Source: Scyliorhinus canicula
Taxonomy: Eukaryota
Length of the DNA: 58,624 nucleotides
Assembly (NCBI RefSeq): GCF_902713615.1
Contig: NC_052162.1
Coordinates: 110,393,187-110,451,810, forward strand
Reading direction: 5' to 3'
Shown here one piece after another: positions 49,241 through 58,624 of the stretch. Below the pieces are notes generated by a model. That model was not told where the DNA came from. It made no database searches and saw only the letters and a program-made list of their open reading frames with translations. The translations under genes and the position numbers were made by a program. Every line of letters starts with the position of its first letter. The first letter of the stretch is position 1.

Positions 49241-49557
49241 TTAAATCTGTTTGGAGAATTCAACTGTTTCTCCCGGAATTGTGTTTCACCCCCTCCTAGA
49301 TGTAAGGTGGTACCAACTCCTCAGACAGTGCATGTCCGGGATACATTTCTACAAAAACTAACATTTCTGGAGCGCATTGCAATTTCAACATTGTTTCTGC
49401 ACCGTTTCAAGTCAGTCATTTGGCCTCATGAGACTCAATTGTTTCAAACGTGACTTTACAGTTTTGACACTGCTGGTATTGTTGATTTTGATCATAAACA
49501 GGACTAACCCATGTACATGTTATTAGTTATGGAGATTTGTTAGGTTATATATAGGTC

Positions 49558-49896
49558 GGGGCCTCACGGTAGCATGGTGGTTAGCATCAATGCTTCACAG
49601 CTCCAGGGTCCCAGGTTCGATTCCCGGCTGGGTCACTGTCTGTGTGGAGTCTGCACGTCCTCCCTGTGTGTGCGTGGGTTTCCTCCGGGTGCTCCGGTTT
49701 CCTCCCACAGTCCAAAGATGTGTGGGTTAGGTGGATTGGCCATGCTAAATTGCCCATAGTGTAAGGTTAATGGGGGGATTGTTGGGTTACGGGTATACGG
49801 GTTACTTGGGTTTAAGTAGGGTGATCATTGCTCGGCACAACATCGAGGGCCGAAGGGCCTGTTCTGTGCTGTACTGTTCTATGTTCTATGTTCTAT
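49558..49896 (+). mobile_element. Full-length V-SINE/HE1-type SINE
   Basis: Very similar to 1634-1964, with tail (CTATGTT)n. Confidence 0.92.
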
Positions 49897-51102
49897 ATTA
49901 ACAACCAGTACAACCCGGGTTCAACGTTGACGCTTCTCAGATAAGTTCTGATTGCTTCAAAAATGTAGTGTGCTGTGCCCATGATTGCATATGAAAGCAT
50001 TGCTTGACATCTGACCAAGAGCAACACCCTAAAAATAAGTTTGTGAATGGAGAACAATGGACCGAATTTAAAATTGAAACGACTCGATAAAAGTAGTTGG
50101 CAAAATGTGATTAAAGTAAAAAGATTACATCGAATGTAATTTCAAGAAGGAATTAGATATAGCCCTTGGGGCTAAATGGATGAAGGAAAATGGGAGTAAG
50201 GCGGGATCAGAGTATTGAACTTAATAATCGGCCATGATCATAATTAATGGCGGAGCGGGTTCGGAGGGACGAATGGCCTCCTCCTTCTTCTATTTTCTCT
50301 GTTTCTATGTTGCTAATTGTCCACAAACCAAGGCGAAATAAGTTTAATTTTTATTTTAATCAACTCCCAATGGCATAAGAAGATTCCATTGTGTACAAAC
50401 CCTGTTGATGTTAGAACCGGATGGCAAGCTCCCAGAATGGAACCCTGGCTTCAATGGCCGTTTCTCAGAAAGCATAAAGGCACAGAGTCACGGGACGGTT
50501 TATTAGTTCCAACAACAAGAAAATAAAACATTTATTCAGCATGAAACAATTGGATTATGATACAATACTAATTTTCTCGCCCTTTACCTGAGCAACTGCT
50601 CGGGTGTTAAGATTGAAGCGGATTGCAAAGTGCATCTGATCAACAATTATCTCATTAACACACAACGTCTCTTTTAAACAGGCAAGATGACTGTAATACA
50701 ATAAAGATTCAGCTCTGAGCTCAAGTTAGCGCCGTGGATGTATCCTCAGAATCTCTCAAAATATTTCCACATGAGAGTTTTGAAACTCCACTCCCAAGAT
50801 TACAGATTAAAAGCTTACTTCATAAATATGCATTCCTCAGTGGATTGAATTCCGAAATCCAGAGAATGTTTTCCAAATTAAACTTTTGAACAAAGGTGTC
50901 GCTCTGCTTTTAACAGCGAATTCAATCCAGAAATTTACACCAAACGTTTGAGGATTTCCTTTGTTGACTGCTGTAAAAACTACTCACATTTGCTTTAATT
51001 CTCAATTCCAAAACTTTATTAAAATTACAGCTCAGAGAGGTGCACTCCTCAGTGCTCTGCCTCCAATTGCAACCAAATTAGCTCAGCTGACAGCTGAAAG
51101 TT

Positions 51103-51325
51103 TTGTTTTATAAATTTAGAGTACCCAATTATTTCTTTTCCAATTAGGGGGCAATTCAGCGTGGCCAATTCACCTAACCTGGACATCTTTGGGTTATGGA
51201 GGTGAAACTCACACAGATGGGGAGAAAGTGCAAACTCCACACAGACAATGACCCGCTGCCGGCATCGAACCCGAGTCCTCAGCGCCTTCGACAGCACTGC
51301 TAACCACCGTGCTTCTGTGCCACCC
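51103..51325 (-). mobile_element. Short SINE with A-rich tail
   Basis: Reverse complement of the 13818-type element. Confidence 0.8.
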
Positions 51326-52094
51326 CAAGCTCAGCTAAAATTTACATTCTACTCTTCGTTACAAGATGCTAAGTAACACCCACAAGTTTATGTCTGTTAT
51401 TTATTCTCCACGCCTTAGTCCTCTCTAAATTCCAATAGAAAAATAGGTGCAACTGAACCAACGTCAGCACGTACAAACACTCTTGTCAGGCATGAATCTA
51501 ACTGTAGATTTTAGCCTTCCAGGCGGGAATATTAAATTAATCGCATATAAAACACAAAACGTATTTCTAATGTTTACCAATACAGACATCAATCCCTTAA
51601 AACTACATTTCCTTTGTTCATATTAAAAATGTTCAAATGTGAATTGTCTGCCTTTGAAAGGCCAAGTTTGTCAGGGATCTGATGAAAGTGAAAGACTAAT
51701 TAGGAACGTTTATTATCAAACATGATTCCGGCCCCACAATGCAGTGCCATATTGACTGAATGATTTTTGATGTCGAACTCACCGAAAATATAGAGACATT
51801 ATAATTCTGAAAAAGCCGATAATAGTGTGTAAACATGTCTGTCATGGCAAGTATCCACAAGTCTACGTGGGTTAAATATTAATGTTGTGTAATAACACCC
51901 ACAAGTCACAAAATTTGTGCAGACACCAGAAACTTTCCTGAACTGGGCAGTGCAACAGCAAAAGACATGACGGGGCTGAAATCCGGCAAGAATCGATAGG
52001 GACTGATATCTCTGTGCTACTCTATGTGTATCACAGCACTAGGAAATGGGGCAGAACAACAGACCAGCACACTGCGATTGCAAAAAATTTCCTC

Positions 52095-52963
52095 ATCCAT
52101 GAATAGATTTTTTTTAATACAGCAAAGGGACAGTTTACCCTATTCTTCAACTCCTCTTTGGATTTTATCTCAGTCACTGCATAAATCTACGTGTTGGTGC
52201 ATAAATTGCCGTTCCTGGTAGTTGGTATATAGATATTAAATCTAACCGATACAAGTGCTCTCATAGAGAATATATCAAAAGCACTGCCCATAACAGACGA
52301 CGATCTCCGGATACAACAAGCTTTGATATTGTGGACTTACTTCCTTTTAATCTTCATCTCTGGACCGCCGGGGTTTTCCACATTGCTGTGGGCCTGAATT
52401 GTCCTCCGGACGCTGCTCGACTCCAAAATTTATCAAATTGCGAGAAAAGGAATTACGCAGCAGAATCAATACAATAGGAGCACGTGGCGTTTCAATGTAA
52501 TGAATGAAATAATTAAAGTCCCTATGTTAGTAGATAATAAACATCCAAGATCACATAACTGCAGTGCGTATTATTGCAAAGGCTACATCGACCTTCATAC
52601 ATAAAATGCCCGAAAATATTCCCAACAGAGATCAGCACACACACTGTTCCAAGCACAAGATTGGCTCTTCCCCCAGTGCAATATATGCTCTTCAGCTTCT
52701 GAAAACTAATTGATCAACCGTGAACATGACTGCGAACTGGCCAGAACATTCTGCGGCTGCATAAAGCAGAACAACATGAATAGTGACCATCTTCATCTTC
52801 CACAACAACTGAAATTGAGTCCAATAACGAACATAAATCTGCCAAAAATGAGGTAAGCGACGACAACAGCAGATCGGCCTCTGCAATGGAAATCAGGGAG
52901 CGATTGATACATGTCGAGCACCTTCACCTGCCTCGAAACAGGGCATAATTTTCAGGAAGTACA
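52095..52963 (-). pseudogene. GPR139-like GPCR pseudogene (decayed exon 2)
   Basis: Minus-strand fragments in shifting frames parallel the intact copy: SIAEADLL, VLLYAAAECSGQFAVMFTVDQLV, KLKSIYCTG, APIVLILLRN, SSVRRTIQAHSNVENPGGPEMKIKRK and IYAVTEIKSKEELKN. There are stops and frameshifts, and the acceptor reads TTTACAA instead of TTTACAG. Confidence 0.78.
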
Positions 52964-53089
52964 TTGTAAAGAATAGAAACTTACATTAGAAACTGAAAGG
53001 AACAACAACAAGTTGATGCATTCTGGGTGAAAATAGAAACGTTACTATTGGATCCAGGAACAGAATGTTTTATTTATTCATTTACTAAA

Positions 53090-55020
53090 AGAAGCCTCGC
53101 TTGCACGGCCAACACTTTTTCCCATCCTTAGTTGCCTTCAGAAGGTGGCGATGAGATGCCTTCTTGAACAGCTATCGTCCTTGAACTGGAGGTACGCCCT
53201 CTCTGCTGTTAGGGATGATTACCAGACTGTTACCCCGGCAACGGTGAAGGATCGGCGATATATTTCCAAATCAGTCTGGTGAGTGACTTGGAGGAGAACC
53301 TCCAGGTGGTGGGGTACCCATGTATCTTCTGCTCTTGTCCTTCTAGATGGTAATGGTCGTTCGTTTAGAAGGTGCTATCTGACGAATCTTGGTGAGTTAC
53401 TGCAATGCATCTTGTAAATGGTACACATGGCTGCCATGGTTCATTGATGGTGGAGGGTTTGAATGTATGTGGAAGGAGAAGCAATCAAACGTGCTGATTT
53501 GTCCTGGATGGTGTCGACCTTCTTGAGTGTTGTTGTAGTTGCACTCATCCAGACACGTAGAGAGCGTTACATTACACTCTGACTGTGCCTTGTAGATGGT
53601 GGGCAGGCTTTGGGGGGTCAGGAGGTCAGTTACTTGCCTTAGGTTTCATAGACTTTGAGGTACCCTGGGAGCTACAGTATTAATATGGCTAGTCCAGAAC
53701 AGTTTCTGATCAATGGTAACCAACAGGATGTTGATTGCGGGGTACTCAATAATGGTAATGCCATTGAATATAAAGGATGATTGTTAGATTGTCTACTGTC
53801 GGAGATGGCCATTGACTGGCACTTGTGTGGCGCGAGTGTAACTTGCCACTTATCAGCCCAAGCGTGGATAATGTCCAGGTCTTGCTGCATTTGGCCGTGG
53901 ACTGCTTCATTATCTGAAGAGTCAGGAATGGTGCTGAGCATTGTGCAGTCATCCGCAAACATCCCCACTTCTGACCTTATAATGGAAGGAAGGTCATTGA
54001 TAAAACAGCTAAAGATGGTTAGGCCTAGGACACTATCTTGAGGAACTTCTGCAGTGATGTCCTGGAGCTGAGATGATTGACCTCCAACTACCGCAACCAT
54101 CTTCCTTTGTGCCAGATATGACTCCAAGCGAAAAGGTTTCCTCCTCATTCCCATTGACACCAGATTAGCTAGGGTTTCTTGATGCCATGTTAGATCAAAT
54201 GCTGCCTTGATGTCAAGGGCAGTTACTCTCACCTCACCTCCTGCATTCATCTCTTTTTACCATGCTTGATCCAAGACGGTAATGAATTCAGGAGCTCAGT
54301 GACCCTGGCTGAACCCACACTGAGCGTCCGTGAGCTGGTTATTGATGAGGAAGTACCGCTTGATAGTACTATTGATGACTCCTTCTATCACTTTGCTGAT
54401 GATGGAGAGAAGACTGATCAGGCGATAATTGATTGTATTAGATTCGTCATGTTTCTTGTGTACAAGACACACCTGGGCAATTATCCACATTGCTGGGTAG
54501 ATGCCAGTGTTGTCGCTTTATTGGAACAGATTGGCGCGGGGTGCAGAGTGTTCTGGAGAACACGTCTTCAGTACATTTGCCTGAACATTCTTAGGGGCCA
54601 TCGTCTTTACAGTGTCCTCTGTCTTCAGCCATCATGTGGAATGAATCGTATTGGCTGAAGACTGACGCCTGTGATGGTTGTGACCTCTGGAGGAGACCTC
54701 GGTGGATCATCCACTCAGTACTTCTTGCTGACCATTGTTACGGATGCCTCAGCATTGTCTTTTGCACATTTGTACTGGGTTCCTCCATCATTGAGAATCG
54801 GAATATTTGCAGAACCTCCTTCTGCAGTGAATTGTTTCATTGTCCACGACCACTCATGGTTGGATGTAGCGGGACTACAAAGCTTGTCTCTGAGGCGTTG
54901 GATGTGGAATCGCTTAGCTCTGTTGATGACTGGCTGCTTAATTACAAGCAATCGACCTTTCTTTGAGAGATGTGTTTGGTGTACAGCATCGTATGGTGCA
55001 GCAGCAACCACAAAAAACTA
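53090..55020 (-). mobile_element. Decayed CR1/L2-type LINE
   Basis: ORF 53672-54250 reads ALDIKAAFD...VPQDSVLGLTIFSCFINDLP...FADDCT; the family 3' end lies at about 53090. Confidence 0.88.
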
Positions 55021-55309
55021 ACAGGACCCAACACTATTTTGTTCAACTATTGGGTCGACAACTGGAAACTACAATAATTAGGATTATACTTTGCAGAATA
55101 CAGTGCAGGTATAAGCAAAGCCACTCGTCTTGATCAATATCCTGAGAGTTTGTGCATGTTAGGACACATTGATATTGTAGAACCAGATCTGTGATGGGTT
55201 GTGACCAATGCCAAAGTGAAATAGTTCAATATTCACCAGTCCACTTCGGTAGAATGTCAGAGGCCGTTTTGCTAATTCACAAAAGAAGATGTGATTACGA
55301 AATGTTTTT

Positions 55310-57323
55310 TTGTTTTTTTTAAATAATTTTTAATGGAATTCTTTGAAAAATATATTTCAACAAAACAATAATAACAATAACAATAATAGTAATAAACATC
55401 CCCGGCACCCCTAACAACGCTTATAACAAACAGCCCCCCCCCCCCACCCCAACCCCAAGAAACAACAAAATAAATTAACAATAAACAAATTAACTTAAAC
55501 ATTGTCCCCCTAAACCCCTCCCCCCTCCCCCTCCCCCCCCCCCTCCGTGTTGCTGCTGCTGCTGACCTAGCACCTTACTGTTGAGCCAGAAAGTCGAGGA
55601 AAGGCTGCCACCTCCTAAAGAACCCTTGTACCGACCCCCCTCAGGGCGAATTTGACCCTCTCCAGCTGAATGAATCCCTCCATGTCATTAATCCAGGTCT
55701 CCACGCTCGGAGGTCTCGCATCTTTCCACTGCAGCAAGATCCTCCGCCAGGCTACTAGGGACGCAAAGGCCAAGACATTGGCCTCTTTCACCTCCTGCAC
55801 TCCCGGCTCCACCCCAACCCCAAATATCACGAGTCCCCAGCCTGGCTTGACCCTGGATCCCACCACCCTCGACACCGTCCTCGCCACCCCCTTCCAGAAC
55901 TCCCCCAGTGCCGGGCATGCCCAGAACATATGGGCATGGTTCGTTGGACTACCCGAACACCTGAAGCACCTGTCTTCGCCCCCAAAGAACCTATTCATCC
56001 TAGATCCGGACATGTAGGCCCGATGCAGCACCTTGAACTGGATGAGACTAAGCCTAGCACATTAAGAGGGGGAGTTCACCTTCTCCAGGGGGTCCGCCCT
56101 TGACCCCTCCTCAATCTGCTCCCAAAGGTCCACCTCCCACTTAGCCACCAGCTCCTCTACCGACGACTCCCCCAACTTCTGCATTACCTGGTAGATGTCA
56201 GACACCTTCCCATCCCCGACCCACAGCCCCGAAAGCATCCTATCCCTTACCCCCCGCGGGGGCAGCAAAGGGAACCACTCCACCTGTCACCTAGCAAACG
56301 CCTTGACCTGAAGGTACCTGACCATTTTCCTCGGGGAGAGCTCAAACTTCTCTTCCAGTTCACCAAGGCTCGCGAACCTCCCGTTAATAAACAGGTCTCC
56401 CACCTTCCAAATGCCCGCCCTGTGCCACCCCAGGAACCCGCCATCCATGTTCCCTGGGACAGACCGGTGGTTCCCCCGCAGCAGGGCCTCCACCGAGCCC
56501 CCCATTTCCCCCCTGTGTCGCCTCCACTGCCCTCAAATTTTGAGGGTGGCCGCCACCACTGGGCTCGTGGAGGGAGCGGCAACGGAGCCGTTACCAGTGC
56601 CTTCAGGCTCGTGCCTCCACAGGACGTCATCTCCATCCGTTTCCATGCTGCCCCCTCCCCATCCATAACCCACTTACGTACCATTGAGACGTTAACCGCC
56701 CAATAGTACCTAGAGAAGTTGGGCAGCGCCAGCCCCACTCTATCTCTGCCCCACTCCAAAAAGACCCTCCTTACCCTCAGGTACCTAAAACTCCTCACTG
56801 CCCTCTTTAGCGGGAGCCTACCAATCCCCTCCTCTTGATCTCCCGTGTGTACGACAAACAGCTCGCTCTTGCCCAGGTTCAATTTATATCCCCAGAAACG
56901 CCCGAACTCAGCAAGAATCTCCATCACCTCCGGCATTCCCCCCACCGGGTCTGCTACATACAACAGCAAGTCGTCCGCATGCAGCCACACTCGGTGCTCC
57001 TCCCCACCTCGCACCAAACTCCTCCACCTCCTCGACTCCCTGAGCGCCATGGCAAGAGGCTCAATTGCCAGCGCAAAAAGCAAGGGGGACAGGGGGCACA
57101 CCTGCCTTGTCCCACGGTGGAGCCTGAAGTACTCGGACCTCCTCCCATTTGTCGCTACACTCGCCATCGGGGCCTCGTACAGCAACCTCACCCATTTAAT
57201 AAACCCCACCCCAAACCCGAACCTCTCCAACACCTCCCACAAGTACCCCCACTCAACCCTGTCAAAGGCCTTCTCTGCATCCAGTGCCACCACAATCTCC
57301 GCCTCTCCTTCTGCTGCCGGCAT
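55310..57323 (-). mobile_element. 5'-truncated L1-clade LINE with poly(A) tail and 18-bp TSD
   Basis: RT motifs ALDAEKAFDRVEW, RGTRQVCPLSPLLF, ADDLLL and GYKLNLGKSE, plus a C-terminal CFRC..HMFWAC zinc knuckle. TGATTACGAAATGTTTTT occurs at 55292-55309 and 57324-57341. Confidence 0.93.
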
Positions 57324-58624
57324 TGATTACGAAATGTTTTTAATATCAACAGAATTCCCCAGTGTACTTCAGTGGTACTCATATTTTTTTTTGCTGAATG
57401 CATCATAAAGAGATAGATTCCATAAAAGGAACAAAATGTGCATCAGAGAAGAACATTGGAAAATGGAGCATTCAATTAAAAAAATAAAGAAAGCAATACA
57501 ATGAATTCGGACATTAGAGAATTGAAAGGAAAAACAGAAATATGGTCGTGTATTTTGTGACAAATTGTGAAAGCAGAGGTGTCGACCGGAGGCCTGCAGC
57601 CACTAATTTTTGCAATTCAGCATTTTGCATTTTATTTCTGCATTGATTTTCAATTAATCCTAGATTGCATGTTTAAAGTATTAGGGTTTTTTTCCTCACT
57701 TGGTGCACATTCATGTTGTGATTGTGTTTTAACTAACCAATCGATCATAAACAGTAGTGGCCTGTGTTCCTAGATATTGTTTGCTTTCCATTCTGGTCAA
57801 AAAAGCTTACTAAATGTTTTTTTCTCAACTTTTCATACGAATAAACTAAAATAAGCTGTCTTTTGTGTTGCAGTATTGTTCTACTACATTCCGTCAGCCT
57901 TAGATAAAAATGAGGACTGAGTAGGGGTTCTATGGATTCGATTCTTGTTTGGTGTGACCACATGAATAACATAGAGACATTAGAATTAGTAGCCGAAGTA
58001 GGCATTTCAGCCCTTCGAGTGTCTTCCCCAATGAATCAGATCGCGCCTGACCTGTTCCTGGTCTCAACTCAGCTTCTAAAGCATCTGAAACTTAGGTTTA
58101 AGTACTGGAAGTAACTCCAGATTGACAGTACATGAGAAGACGCTATCAACAGCTGCCTAAAAAAAACTTGGATATTACGAAGTCTGCATGGTCCTGTGAC
58201 AAGAACTGATAAGAGGTGAGATTGATTTCGGGAAATATTGCACCAGGCTTCGAAAGGTTGTAATTCAGCCACAAATGCAGACTAAATGACCATTACTTCG
58301 GGGACTCCGTCCTGCAGCCAGAGAGGATTAGTTGCCACGGAAAATAAGATGAATGGCCAGGAACCGCCTGACTGACTGTACCGTCCATCCGTTGGTGATA
58401 TTCAATGACTTTGTAATACATGTACCAAAGCGACGCTAACATGTGTACAAATCTTGCGACCTCATAGAGAAGAGATCAAATTTGAATTTGTGTTTATGTT
58501 TAAATAAATATCTGTCTACCTTATTGTCGTCAGAGATGTGAACAGTGTGTTCTCATTTGAATATACCTCGCTTCAATTTTAATTATTTCTCTTTGTGTTA
58601 ATTGTGGACAGTGGCTGTCGTATT

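Noticed and set aside
55060-55160. Possible decayed exon 1 of the GPCR pseudogene on the minus strand (ATG CAC..., TAT AAT CCT...)
   Set aside because: The similarity is too weak and there is no intact donor, so it cannot be supported by eye.

Overview
This is eukaryotic, cartilaginous-fish (shark) genomic DNA; the SINE and LINE families suggest a catshark-like species, which is an inference. The main feature is one complete, unrearranged immunoglobulin heavy-chain cluster on the + strand (9064-30616). Its order is leader, V, D1, D2, J (each with recombination signal sequences, RSS), four IgM constant exons with a secretory tailpiece, and two transmembrane exons. All reading frames and splice sites look intact. 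The V segment looks IgW-like rather than conventional IgM-like, although it is linked to Cmu; a short N gap lies between them and needs checking. Downstream are an intact two-exon GPR139/142-like GPCR (+) and a convergent pseudogene of the same family (-). The rest is mostly retroelements: V-SINE/HE1-type SINEs, CR1/HER1, CR1/L2-type, Rex1/Babar and L1 LINE fragments, an LTR with a tRNA-iMet primer-binding site, and a perfect 90-bp Penelope-type palindrome carrying a minimal hammerhead ribozyme motif. No prokaryotic-type systems, CRISPR arrays, rRNA genes or true tRNA genes were found. Family assignments come from recognising motifs by eye, not from database searches, and repeat boundaries are approximate.
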